Positions 46,034 through 59,181 of a DNA stretch of 64,000 bases are shown here, piece by piece. Under the pieces are notes generated by a model. It saw only the letters and a program-made list of their open reading frames with translations, was not told the DNA's origin and searched no databases. A program made the position numbers and the translations under genes. This stretch comes from Chrysomallon squamiferum (taxonomy: Eukaryota > Animalia > Mollusca). The stretch spans positions 10,974,001-11,038,000 of the forward strand of contig CM022677.1 in NCBI GenBank assembly GCA_012295275.1, given 5' to 3'. Each line of letters begins with the position of its first letter. Position 1 is the first letter of the stretch.

Positions 46034-47237
46034 CTATTTCTAAAAAAAAAAAATATATATATTTTTAAATTAATTTATAATTATTCTCAATTATAATTTG
46101 GGTATATACAGTTATTTTGTACTTTTTTTTAATTCATTCTGACAGTAAGTAAATGAGTAATGTTTCATTATAAGTTTAAATTGTATTAAAATCAATGAAG
46201 AACAGCAAACTCGTGATATTTTACAATTGAAAAATAACAAACCTGTACTGTTTCATTTATGTGATTGAATTGCATTAAAAAAACACTGAAGAACAGCAAA
46301 CACACTTTAAACTGAATAATGACAAACTTATAATATTTCATTATGTTTTCAGCTACACTATACTGTTTCATTACATTTTTAAATTGCATTAAAAACAGTG
46401 AAGAACAGCAAACTCATATTATATATTATTTCACATCTGTCTAAAACTACTGACCTGATGACATTAATCTGCAGTTATTATGTAATTCCACATGTAATTT
46501 TGTCTCAGTATTGCATACTCACAAACACATGCACACACAGACATAAACAGGGGGTGGGAAATCAATCTACTGGACCACACTTACCTTTAACAGCAAACCT
46601 GCCATGACAACAATTACTACTGACAGCTACATCTACCAACAGACAGAAATGAGGTCACAGTTACCTGAGTGTGGCCTCTGACAGAACTGCAGACACACAA
46701 CAAAATGTACACAGTGACATAACTCAAGTCATTAGCATGCAGCTACTGCAGTGTCCATCACCATAGAAACTCCAGCCAGTTCTCATACCTCGCAAAACAT
46801 GTAAACTTTCAGCAACTACTTGAAACACAATCAAAACTGCACTTCACTTATCAACATGCTAGACTCAGCTGCCACTAAACACAAACCTAAAACCAAAAAC
46901 TGCATTAACAAAAATAGACAACACATACAGTGGATAATCACATCTTGTAAATACTTTTTACCAAAAATCACACTGCCTGACAGTCTCATCTTAGAATAAA
47001 ACATACAAGACTTGAAATACTGACAAAAACCTACAGATACTAAAATACTGTGTTAAAATCCATCTCATCAAGGATCTAGGCCCTGATCAACCCTTTAAAA
47101 CACACCTTTCACTACAATCTAGTTTTTAAACAACAGTCAGCCATATTGAAATGGAGACTGGAGTGGGTGAATGTTGCAATCAGCAAATAGTAAAGAAATA
47201 AAATCAATATTAGTTACACCTTTCATCATCAAAACCC

Positions 47238-47505
47238 AAAATCATTTTAGTAAGAAACTACAAAACAACCTTACCAGACTCAGAATCAGCTACTCCACCA
47301 ATCTAAACACAATCAAATTAAACCATAAAATCATTTTAGTAACAAACTATATAACAACCTTACCAAACTCAGAATCAGCTACTTCACCAAGCTAAACACA
47401 ATCAAATTCAACCATAAAATCATTTTAGTAACAAACTACATAACAACATTACCAAACTCAGAATCAGCTACTCCACCAATCTAAACACAATCAAATTCAA
47501 ACACA
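47238..47505 (+). repeat. Three-copy ~89 bp tandem repeat
   Basis: AAAATCATTTTAGTAA..CTCAGAATCAGCTACT..CTAAACACAATCAAATT at 47238, 47327 and 47416; single copy in the paralog at ~56640. Confidence 0.9.
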
Positions 47506-47574
47506 AAATATACACAACACCAAACTGTAGCTGTGGAATTTCTGAAACCATGAAACATTACTTATTTCTCTGTA

Positions 47575-48320
47575 CCAATTTTTCTGGGCTGTTTGGAATG
47601 TGAACTTTCTGTACTGACAAGTGAAACTGAAGAAGATAGCTTTTTCTTAAAAATAAAATGAAAACAAAATTTATAATAACAAACAAAAACATACTGCAAT
47701 ATAAAATCAATTAATCTAAGAATTAATACAATATCCTTAAAATTATATTTACTCCTTTAAATATATTTCAGAACAGATTCCAGTAAATATCACTTAATCT
47801 GTTAGAAAAATTACACATTATTCAAATGAATTCTTACCCTGTGCAATAGCAGTCGGTTGATTCTCCCTCCAAAGTGAAGATTCAATCTCACATGCAGACT
47901 GTAGTTTCAAATTTCTCCCTTTGAATCCTGCGACTGACTCAGACAAAATTAATCATAATCTTGAGGAAAATGCTGCAGAAATTGAATTATTCTTTCTCTG
48001 TCTTCACATGTGTGAATTAATTTTCTTCTGCCAGATTTCTTTTCTCTCTCAGAGTTACCCCACTCAGTTTGCAATGATCTGAGTTTGTTCTGACTAATGC
48101 TGTAAACAAACAATAAAAGATATAAGCAGACACCAGTAACCCCCACACACATCCACACACATCCAAATGTCCTCTATAAATGAAGGAGAAATTACAAATT
48201 ACTTGCTGCTTAAATAGGAAAAATACTAATGAAAAAACCCATACAAGTTCTCTCTGCTTTGTTCATTGGACTGCTTTGAAGAACTCCCAGAAATATCAGA
48301 TCTTTTTCAGCAGCAAAACA
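47575..48320 (-). pseudogene. Intron-containing Sola1-like (DUF7869-type) DDE transposase remnant, copy 1
   Basis: Exons encode EKDLIFLGVLQS and SISQNKL..EKKSGRRK..CEDRERIIQFLQHF..DY/LILSESVAGFKGRNLKL..CEIESSLWRE, matching the recalled family pattern ELDLVILG..ISQxKLTAL..KKSGGR..FAEDHALVLPGRVPGFKRDDIKLLPS..SVWR. Confidence 0.65.
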
Positions 48321-48649
48321 AAAAAATAATCTGAATTCTTATAATACTTATACAGTGGTAAATTATTTGAAATAACTGTCCTAATTCAGATGACAAAAAT
48401 TTCTTATTTATAAAAATCATTTTAATGAGTCTTGTTTATCCAGATAAAATATATTACAACTGATTTGACACTTAAAATGTTCTTATTTCCATAATTAATT
48501 CTATCACAGTCATTAACTTGAATAAATAATATTATTTTTGAAGAACTTACTTTTTTCTTCTTCTTCTTATGATTATCTATTACTGACATTTTCAACTTGA
48601 GACAAATGTCTTTTGAAGCTGATGATTATGCACGTTATGTCAGTAAGCA

Positions 48650-48720
48650 CAAGGCTCGAAATAAACGATTGCAATATTATTTCACCAAATTCTTTACAAT
48701 TAAACAAGTGAGTTTTGTTT
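48650..48720 (+). mobile_element. Left terminus of a hAT-like element (CAAGGCTCGAAAT)
   Basis: 12/13 match to the reverse complement of the right end ATTTCGAGCCCTG at 59169-59181; lies exactly where homology between the block B copies stops. Confidence 0.6.
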
Positions 48721-49029
48721 ATGAAATTAGGACCGATATTTAGTGCAATTTGGCAGAGAAGTCTGCATTCCTAGATCATTGCAAGACGCCGTAAGGCATA
48801 ACGCCGTACTGACGGTTTTCTCGCTTTAAAATGTATTTTTATGTCATTAAACGGAAGAATATCATGTTTTACATTCATATTTGGTTTTGTTATTTAATTT
48901 TTCAAAAATGTTTATACTATAAAATTATATTTTTGAAAAGCTGAAAGACCGCGATTATTTTAGATGCATCCCGTAGCAAAAAATAGTCAAAACGGCGACT
49001 GTTCAGCAACAGCTACAAAAGCATTACCT

Positions 49030-49106
49030 ATGTATAAGTCGACCCCCAAAATATTACCTTAATATAGTCTCCCAACAATTCGACTTATACACAAGTATAT
49101 ACGGTA
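49030..49106 (+). mobile_element. pogo/Tigger-like element right terminus
   Basis: CGACTTATACACAAGTATATACGGTA (49081-49106) is the reverse complement of a TACCGTATATACTxGxGTATAAGTCG-type TIR, with an inverted subterminal GTATAAGTCGACCCC at ~49032. Confidence 0.65.
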
Positions 49107-49209
49107 TGTGATGTTATATGATTCATAGTGGAAACTGCGCTCGTTTTACAAAATAAATGTGATAACTGTATACATAATGGAATATCATTTAAGTTTTCTT
49201 CTATTTTTC

Positions 49210-49260
<51 letters not shown>

Positions 49261-50131
49261 TAAAAATTAAAATAAACTGAAAGTACGCTCTGTATTTCCC
49301 AAATTAAGGGTATTCTGTACAATCGACGTTCTTACTTGAAATTATCATTTTAATCTATAGTGTAATATAAGTTATGACGTTAATGTTGAGCGACGGCTAC
49401 ATTACTAGAACTATTAACAATATATTTTAATACAGGACACTGATTGCAGTACTTAGTAAAAGGCAAAATAATATATTTTTTATTTTTTCAGACCATGTTT
49501 TCAGACGTATATCAAAGATTGGTATATTCCTGGACAGTAATAAGCAAGTTATTGTAGTGTAAATTGTAAGCTTTGTTATTTTATTTGGTGCATTAATATA
49601 GATAATGAGAAGAAAGAAAAAGTAGGGGGGGGGGAAATAACAACACCGTGTATTTGAAGATCACGGTAAACAATTGGTTAATAATGAGATAAAAAAAACA
49701 AAAAAAAAAAAGAAAAAAAAAAGAAAAAAAAAAGAAAAAAAACTAAAACTAACTAAATAAAAGAAGAACCACATCGATTTATAATTAGTACGTATATTTT
49801 AATAACGGTTGTTATGCTCCTTTATTTTATTTTTTTTATTTTTTTGAACATTATTTTTATTTTTGTTTTATTTATTTATTTATTTATTTTTTATTTTTAG
49901 TGTAGTAGTTGCGGAAAAGTGCGGGATGATTATCGGTCTTCAGGGATTTACCTTCTTAATTGACGTTCGAAGAATCTTCTACAGAACTGGGGTAATCGCA
50001 TTATAATTTCATTTTGTGAAGGTATTACTATTTATTATTATAATTGATAATGCGTTTGGATTTCTTTCGTTTTATTTAATTATAATTTAAAAGTCATAGA
50101 CATGATGGCAGCCATATTATTTGGGAACAAT

Positions 50132-50162
<31 letters not shown>

Positions 50163-50406
50163 ATATTTTTTCAAAAAACGACACTCGATTAATAATAACA
50201 TTCACCAGTGGTTGTACTAATGGGAACATCATAAACAACGTCATATAAAGTCTCTAATTTTGTTTTACCAATCATGATGTATCAGCCTATCAGGGGCAAA
50301 TTTTGAGTGGCCAGTAATTAAATTTGTTTTAAAATAAATTGACTTGTTTAGCACACACCAAAGGAAACAACACAGAACAACTTAGAGAACATTTTAAATT
50401 TTATTA

Positions 50407-50456
<50 letters not shown>

Positions 50457-50550
50457 TTAATTATTATTTTTTTGAAATAAACTAATAAAACTATTAAAAG
50501 AAAATATGCTAATTTTGTTTGACAGGTTGTTTTCTGTCAGTTTATTTATG

Positions 50551-50597
<47 letters not shown>

Positions 50598-50842
50598 TAA
50601 TTTGTTATCCTCAGTGATAACTGTTCTTTGTAACCCTTCTTTTCTTAATGGAAATTTTATTTTATTAATCAACGTTTTGTTTTGTTGTATTTCCTTTTTG
50701 TTTTTAATCATCTTCTTATTATTATTACTAATTTTTATTATTTTGTGTTTTATTTTTTATTATTATTATTTTTTTAATCTTTATTATTATTATTCATTTT
50801 ATTTTTCATTATTAATATGTGTTTATATTTGATGTTTTCTAG

Positions 50843-51999
50843 GTCATGTGGAGAAAATATTTCAAATTTATCTGTTATGATGCCAAACAAAACAACTTGG
50901 CAGATGACTGCGATGGCTGTGCTTGACTGTGACAAAGACAACAGCCAGGAAGTTGAGCAGCAGGTGATGTCTGAGCTTGCTGCTCTGAGAATGAAGCTGG
51001 ATGAGAAGATAAAGAAAACAGAGGCTGTAGCTGCAGCAGAACAAGATGATTCGAATGACCGAGCTAGTCCTGTACCTGATTAAGAGTGGTTCCAATGCAC
51101 CCAGGTCCCTGTCCCCTACTTCATCATCACAAAAATGCAGTGCATTTTGCAGAGAAGGGACACAAGAGACTATTGATAATATGAATCAACAGTCTGGTGT
51201 CAAATGATGTGTCAGGCCTGTGTTAGAATGTTTTCAGAAACCTCTCAACAGTCGCAGGTTATGTTCTTTGTGTGTGTGTGTGTGTGTGAGAGTGTGCATT
51301 TGTATGTGTGTGTTTGTGTGTGAGAGAGACATATTAGATGAATGATAATAAGCAAACAAAAATGCATTTATCATGTATTTATGTAGATTGACAAAAAATA
51401 TAAAAAAGTGTCATGTTCATGTTGGAATTGCTAAAATCTTTGTTTACGAATTAATGATAAATCTTTTATACAGGTAATTGCTGTATTGTTCAGTGGCTGT
51501 TTAGAAAGGGAATTTACATTATGGAGAAGGATGAATCAGCTGTACAGACACTGCAGACTGCACAGTTCCTAGTTGTAAGTTTTTATCTTATTTTTATTTC
51601 TTTGAGAAAGTGAAATAAATTTTATAGTAACAGCTCTTTACTGATTGTGAAATAGCATAATAAGAATCATTTATTTACTATTGTTTTGTTAATTAATTAA
51701 ATTAATACCATTATCATGATTATACAAAGTATATCAAAAATATTCCACACCCCTTTGTGTCTGAATAATTGAGTAACTGGTACCAATAAAATTTTAATTT
51801 TAATAATAACAGAAACATTAGTTATTTATTTATAACAGTTTATTATTTCTATTATTTTTTATTTTTTTTTTTTTTTTTCAGATGGCACATAATTGAATGC
51901 TGATATTTGCTAGTGAAGTTGTTTCAATAGAAGGTGCTGTCCAGCACTGAGGATAAAGTTTGTATTGCTGCCACTGGAAAAGAGAAAAAACTGGAACAG
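50843..51999 (+). pseudogene. Patronin: CAMSAP/Patronin pseudogene fragment, copy 2 (CC1-like exon followed by CH exons)
   Basis: 50843-~51260: KTTWQMTA..QVMSELAALRMKLDEKIKKTE (cf. CAMSAP CC1 LASELVQLHMQLEEKRRAIE); 51474-51574: FRKGIYIMEKDESAV; 51882-51999 is a deletion-fusion of the exons at 17053 and 17677; flanking introns are homologous to 16740-17050 and 17792-17880. Confidence 0.85.
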
Positions 52000-52172
52000 G
52001 TGAATTTGAGTTTGTTTTCTTATGTATTTCTCATTATACTAAACCTAATGTTGTTTAATTTAATTTAACATAGGAAGTTCCATTTTATAACATACTTTTC
52101 TCTTTCTCTATCTATCTATCTATCACACAAACACACACACACACACACATACTTACTTTTATACAAACCTGA

Positions 52173-52450
52173 TTATTTTGTTGTAAATTTCTCATCTGTG
52201 TCTTCCTCATCTTTCTTTGGAATCCCACTAAAGATTAAATTGTCACACATGAAGCAAATTTGTAGGTCATTTTTTCTTAAGTTTCCAAACTCAGTTTTTA
52301 ATTCACATGTTTTTTGTTTCACACAGTTATTATTATCTCTCATTTCATGGGTAGAACTGTTCATATCTGACACAATTGATTTCAAATCTCCGAGATCTTT
52401 TTATTGCTTTCAAACAATGATTGTAATTCATACATTTTACCACTGATATC
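52173..52450 (-). mobile_element. LINE ORF1 fragment
   Basis: Coiled-coil-like stretch followed by CFMCDNLIFSGIPKKDEEDTDE, resembling the RSMRxNLIFxGIPE start of the RRM-like region of invertebrate LINE ORF1p. Confidence 0.65.
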
Positions 52451-53344
52451 TTGTATTTAATTGCATACCATTCAGTTTTATTTTTATTGCTTTCAAACTG
52501 TTAGTGAATGTAATTCATATCTTGTACTTTTTTCTAAATATCAATCATTTCACCACTGATGCATCAATTTAATAGTGGTTTAAGCACCAACAAACCTTGT
52601 AATAACTTTCTAATCAGGGTATCTAATTATATACTGACATCTTGAATGTGCACATGTGTCACCTCTTTACCTGACAAAGATGATAATGATATTTATATAA
52701 AAATTAAGGTAAAAATAATTACATGTATAATTTTTGTCATTACTAGCTTTTTTTATTTTTTATTTTTTATTGTTAGCCCTATCAGATATACATTGATGAA
52801 AAAGGCTGTTAATTCAGATATTTTGTAAGAAAAAATAATGTAAATTATTTGTTGCTGAATTAAAAGCTCTTAAGAATTTATTCATATCTTTGTTGTTACT
52901 GATGCTACTTATTATTGTGTTCGTGTTTCAACACTAAAGAAGACAATTTAAAAGGTGAAAGTTCTATTGTTGTTTTTAGGTTATAGTAGCTTTGTGTGTG
53001 GAGTTGTTGTTTTTTTTTAATGTTTTTTTTTAATTAAAAATATAATCTACATAACTATTGTTTTATTTATTTTTATTAATTAAGAACGGGTTTAATTTTT
53101 TTTGTCCAGGATCTAAAATATCCATGTCTCTGTGTGGATTGAATGATCCTATAAAGGTATGTTTTATTCATTCACTTTTATGTTTTATAGCTCATTTGAT
53201 TAAGGATTTATTTAATTAAAAGTAGCAAAATTTATTTTTGTTCTCAGAATAGTATTGAAAATTTTATATAAATTTCTCATAAATGATGATAGTATAGAAT
53301 CAATTTAATAATGGTTTAGGCACCAACAAAACTTGTAATAATTT

Positions 53345-55520
53345 GCATGACAGCCTAATGGAGTAGTGAACAGAACATTTGTAATTTGCTGTTAGTAATA
53401 TCTCACTCAAATCTGAAAAAAGGGGCAAATATTTACTTATATTAAAGTGGCAGGCAAGTATGTTATAATTAAATATTTGAATAATCAAATAATTTATTGT
53501 TAATGATGTAACTATAATAATTGTTAAAGGTTAATTAAAGATCGTAAGAATAATCTCAAATGTATTTCCATCATTCTAGTATGTTAGTATTTCAAGTAGA
53601 ATCAGTATTACAAGACCATTTTCTTACTGTCTAATGAATAACTATATAGGTTTAAAATGTTTATTTACTTAATATTCCTGGCAGTCATCGTAAACTGGAC
53701 TAAAAGACTAAAACAGTGTAAATATCAAAATTTTGGCAAGTTAATAGAATTATTCAAATATTAAAACATAATCTCTCTTACTGGTGTATTGCTCTTTTAA
53801 TGCTTTTATGTCAAAGTCAAAAAATAAAATTAAACTAAGAATATAAAACCATTTAATAAATTATTTTTATTATCAAACATGGATGGAAAAAATAAAAATG
53901 TGTACTAAAACTCTTCTTGCTAAGACAGTGAAATGCAGTTAGAGCTGACAACAAAAATACTGCTTGAACTTTATTTTATGTTTAGTTTATTAATGAATAT
54001 TATATTTTGTTGTAGGATCCTAGACAACAGATTCAAGCTGCCTCAGCCAGCACTTCAGTTGAAAATGTTGTAAGACATATTTTCAGAAAAGGTTGACTAG
54101 ATCACCAGAATGTTATTACATCACAGTCTTCCCTGTCCAGAGAAAGCTCAGCAATTTCAAGAGAAAATCTGTCTGAAATGTAATTTGAATTTTGAAAACT
54201 CAGTGATCTCCAAGAGATTGCATTGTCAATGTGATCAGAACATCCAGTGTACACATTGTACTTCATAGCAGCTTGCACTGTTTTTATCTTTGAGGTGTGC
54301 TTGGTTATTTTAACTTTTTCACTGAAAGATAAATGGAGATTCATCACTGCTATGGAATGCCATCTTTGTAAATAAGTTCAAATGAATTTGATAATGCATA
54401 GAAGTATTAATTTTTATAATCATCTAATTTTTATATTATTTAAATCATTATTAAAAAACAACAAAAAATACAACACAAAACATTTCTTCTATCATTTTTT
54501 TAACTATTATTTAAATCAAGGGAAATCAAGGATTTGCTGGGGGTAATCAATGTAAATATGATTGAAAATTTTGAAATTAGCTGTAATTAAAAATGTGTAT
54601 CAACAAAAAAAGAAGAAAAACACAAAAGAATTTTTCTGTGTTATATTTTTTTAATCAGGGGAAAATCAAGGGTTGGGGTAATTAGTGTAAATATATTTAA
54701 AATTATGTAATTAGGCGTAATTAGATTTTTTTTTAATTAAAAAACCCCGCAGAAAATGGGAAAAAAAACAGTTTTTCTTTTATATTATTTAAATCAGGGA
54801 AAAACAGTGGTTTGCTGGGGTGATCATTGTGTACATATTTCTAAAAAATAAAATTATAATAATATATTTCTAATGAAAACTGTTAACTAAATTAAAATTT
54901 TAATAGCATTAACCATGACTTTGTTATTTTTAATTAGAAGAAACATGATGACCTTCAAGTTGAAATTTACTTATAAACTGTCTAGATAATAAAACTTAAA
55001 TATTCAATTATTTCTGTTTAGACATTGCTGCCAGCTTTTCTAATTTGCTTTTCTAATTTAGAAAGAATAATAAAATTATTTCAATCACTAATCTAAAAAT
55101 AAGAAATAATAATTTAAAAATGATAAAAAATTAAATAAAATAATAAGAGAAAAAAATGTACATAAATGAAATTTTCCCAAATATTTTATAATTTGTCATT
55201 TACATTTTGGAACAATTCAAAAAATTTGTTTAAAAATGTACAAATTGAAATGTCTTCTAATTTTTTATAATCTGTATTTTCTGTTTAATTCCATTAAAAA
55301 GCTGGGGGAAAAAATGAAAATAAAAAAATGAATAAAAAAATAAAATATATATATATATAAAATAAAATAATTATCACTTTAAAAAATGAAGTACAAACTG
55401 GTATTTAGTGTTTCCAAGGTGAATGAAAATTTAAGCTGGTTTGTTTGTTCAAAAATCTAGCACCTCATGTTTTGTTATAGTGTAATACTAAATATTTCTC
55501 CAGCTTTCAGATTCAAATTT
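53345..55520 (+). repeat. Paralog of 21060-22460, with a longer exon-like block at 54016-54380
   Basis: Same anchors as 21060-22460; this copy retains ~50 bp and ~170 bp segments absent from copy 1. Confidence 0.92.
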
Positions 55521-55533
55521 GTGTAGTTTATTC

Positions 55534-55733
55534 NNNNNNNNNNNNNNNNNNNNNNNNNNNNNNNNNNNNNNNNNNNNNNNNNNNNNNNNNNNNNNNNNNN
55601 NNNNNNNNNNNNNNNNNNNNNNNNNNNNNNNNNNNNNNNNNNNNNNNNNNNNNNNNNNNNNNNNNNNNNNNNNNNNNNNNNNNNNNNNNNNNNNNNNNNN
55701 NNNNNNNNNNNNNNNNNNNNNNNNNNNNNNNNN
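55534..55733. other. Assembly gap (200 N)
   Basis: Run of N. Confidence 1.
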
Positions 55734-58240
55734 ATGGTTTCAGTATTACACACACACAAACATGTGAACACACAGACATAAACGGGGGGGTTGAATCAAC
55801 CTATTGGACCACACTTACCTTTAACAACAAATCTGCCATGACAACATTTACAACTGACAGCTACATCAATCAAAATACAGAAATGAGGTCACAGTTACCT
55901 GAGTGTGGCCTCTGACAGACCTGCAGACACACAACAAAATGTACACAGTGACATAACTCAAGTCATTACCATGCAGCTACTGCAGTGTCCATCACCATAA
56001 AAACTCCAGCCAGTTCTGATACCTTGCAAATATGCAAAATATGCAAATTTTCAGCAAGTACATGAAACACAATCAAAACAGCACTTCACTTATCAACATG
56101 CTAGACTCAGCTGCCACTAAACACAAACCTAAAACCAAAAACTGCACTAACAAAATATCCACTGCATAACAAAAAAAATAACACTAAAAATAGATAACCA
56201 TTTAATAACAAAGAAAATCATTCAAATTTTTAGTAGTGACATTTGACAGCCAACTTCGGATGCCACATACAGAAGATAATCACATCTTGTAAATACTTTT
56301 TACCAAAAATGACACTGCCTGACAGTCTCATACACCACTTGGAATACAGACAAAAACTACAGATACTAAAATACAGTGTTAAAATCCACTCTCAGTAATA
56401 AACATCTCATCAAGTATCTACGCCCTGATCAACCCTTTAAAACTCACCTTTCACTACAATCTAGTTTTAAACACACCTTTCACTACAATCTAGTTTTAAA
56501 ACTCACCTTTCACTACAATCTAATTTTTAAACAACAGTCAGCCATATTGAGATGTAGACTGGAGTGGGTGAATGTTGCAATCAGCAAATAGTAAAGAAAT
56601 AAAATCAATATTAGTTACACCTTTCATCATCAAAACACAAAATCATTTTAGTAACAAACTACATAACAACAACATTACCAAACTCAGAATCAGCTACTCC
56701 ACCAATCTAAACACAATCAAATTCAAACACAAAATAAACACAACACAACACCAAACTGTAGCTGTGGAATTTCTGAAACCATGAAAAATTACTTATTTCT
56801 CTGTCCACATTTTTCCAGTTACCACCTAATCCTACATGACACATTCATTGAAATAAACATTGAATTTACATTTAAAAACATCTAGATAGCAACAGTAAAA
56901 AATTAATTCAAACAAATAAATAGACACAAATGTTTGACTAAATAAATTCGAAAACCTAACATAAAATAGCAGACACATAGGTCAAAAAAATAAAATAAAT
57001 AGCATACACAGTAACAAACAAAACAAAAAACAAATACATCAACACAAAATAATTGTATAAATTAATTAATTAACAGATTAACTGACTCACCAGCTGATAG
57101 ATTTGCTGACAGTTTCAGAACATATTTTAAAAGTTCCACATTTTCTTGGCACAAGGAAGTAAACTGGTTCTGGCTGGTTTGGGCTGTTTGGATGTGAACG
57201 TTCTGTAATGACAAGTGAAACTGAAGAAGATAGCTTTTTCTTAAAAATAAAAATGAAAACAAAATTTAAAATAACAAACAAAAACATACAGCAATATAAA
57301 ATCAATTAATCTAAGAATTAATACAATATCCTTAAAATTATATTTACTCCTTTAAATATATTTCAGAACAGATTCCAGTAAATATCACTTAATCTGTTAC
57401 AAAAATTACACATTATTCAAATGAATTCTTACCCTGTGCAATAGCAGTCTGTTGATTCTCCCTCCAAAGTGAAGATTCAGTCTCACATGTAGACAGTATT
57501 TTCAAATTACTCCCTTTGGTCCTGTGACTGACTCAGACAAAATTAGTCATAATCTTGAAGAAAATGCTGCAGAAATTGAATTAATTTTCTTCTGCCAGAT
57601 TTCTTTTCTCTCTTGGAGTTACCATTCAGTCTGCAATGCTTCAATAAAGCTGTGAGTTTGTTCTGACTAATGCTGTAAACAAACAATAAAAGATATAAGC
57701 AGACACCAGTACCCCCCCCACATTCACACACATCCAAATGTCCTCTATAAATGAAGGAGAAATTACAAATTAACTGCTGCTTAAATAGGAAAAATACTAA
57801 TTAAAAAAACTCATACAAGTTCTCTCTGCTTTGTTCATTGGAATACTTTGAAGAACTCCCAGAAATATCATATCTTTTTCAGCACAAAACAAAAAAAATA
57901 ATCTGAATTCTTATAATACTTATACAGTGGTAAATTATTTGAAATAACTGTCCTAATTCAGATTACAAAAATTTCTTATTTATAAAAATCATTTTAATGA
58001 GTCTTGTTTATCCAGATAAAATATATTACAACTATTTGACACTTAAACATTTTTTATTTCCATAATTAATTCTATCACAGTCACTAACTTGAATAAGTAA
58101 TATTATTTTAGAAGAACTTACTTTCTTCTTCTTCTTATGACTATCTATACTGACATTTTCAACTTGAGACAAATGTCATACTAATGTCTTTTGAAGCTGA
58201 TGATTAAGCACGTTATGTCAGTAAGCACAAGGCTTAAAAT
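55734..58240 (+). repeat. Duplicated block B, copy 2
   Basis: Colinear with 46500-48662; carries its own 3-copy ~30 bp repeat CACCTTTCACTACAATCTAGTTTTAAA at ~56440-56530. Confidence 0.97.
57085..57885 (-). pseudogene. Sola1-like (DUF7869-type) transposase remnant, copy 2
   Basis: HPNSPNQPEPVYFLVPRKCGTFKICSETVSK (cf. recalled family motif YPSNPLQPGPIYFLTPRKCGIFGVCCEA) and SISQNKLTALLKHCRLNGNSKREKKSGRRK, in exons with GT donors at ~57090 and ~57432. Confidence 0.75.
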
Positions 58241-58533
58241 TAAAAAAAAAAAAAACATTATAGTTTAGTCGCCTAAAAAGTATTTTTTGGATCATCAGTT
58301 TTTGTTTCTATAAGTTATAACACAAGAGCCACTATTGATAAGTTTGTAGCAAATATTTATGTCAGATCAAAGGCTTGTTCGATAATTTAAAAGTATCGGC
58401 TTACCTTAATTTGTCAACATCTAAAATTAAATACGAAAATTCTTTATTAATTAAAATCGCCACAAAAATTTAATCCTAGTTATACAAATCAGCTGGTAAG
58501 ACATTTCCAAACAAACCTTGACAAAAATGGAAT

Positions 58534-58598
<65 letters not shown>

Positions 58599-59181
58599 TT
58601 ATAGTATTAAACGCTTGGTTTTTTCAAAAGAAATACAAATTAAAGGAAAGCAACGTGAAATGACAGTCAGTAAAGTTTAGCGTGTGAAAATGAAAAACAA
58701 TAGCAAATACAATGTAATAGAGTTATCTTCCATGATAACTTGTTCCGTTAACCAACCGATAATTATTAACGTAACGCTCTAAAACGTTCGCTAAATTTGC
58801 TCGTTGATTTCACTTTAGCCAATTAAAGGTGGAATTGAAAAGGAAAAACAATAGCAAACAATTAGTTTCAGAGTTATCTCCTATGATAACTTGTTCCGTT
58901 AACCAACCGATAATCTTTAACGTACTGTTTATAAATAGGTGTTAGCAAATTATGTAAGCCGATACGTCCAACTTATGGAACTATGGGCACTCATTTTATG
59001 TAAAATAAATATTTCGATAAAATTATTATAAAATTATTATCTTGTGTTGTAACTTTTAGCAAAAAACAGGTCACCCCAATATTTTTTGGGGCGACTAACC
59101 ATAATATTTCTTACATCCAAGTCAACTAAACGGAACTTTGGTCGCATTTGGTGACCAGGCGACTGGCCATTTCGAGCCCTG
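58228..59181. mobile_element. Non-autonomous hAT-like / MITE element, ~950 bp
   Basis: Ends CAAGGCTTAAAAT and ATTTCGAGCCCTG; inverted subterminal pairs TTAGTCGCC (58266) / GGCGACTAA (59090) and GTATCGGCTTAC (58393) / GTAAGCCGATAC (58954); internal ~75 bp direct duplication (58692, 58844). No 8-bp TSD visible. Confidence 0.7.

Larger units (their letters stand above)
46500..48662 (+). repeat. Duplicated block B, copy 1 (paralog of 55734-58240)
   Basis: Long near-identical stretches, e.g. CAGAAATGAGGTCACAGTTACCTGAGTGTGGCCTCTGACAGA and the twin ORFs MLQSANSKEIKSILVTPFIIKTQNHFS at 47171 and 56572. Confidence 0.97.
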
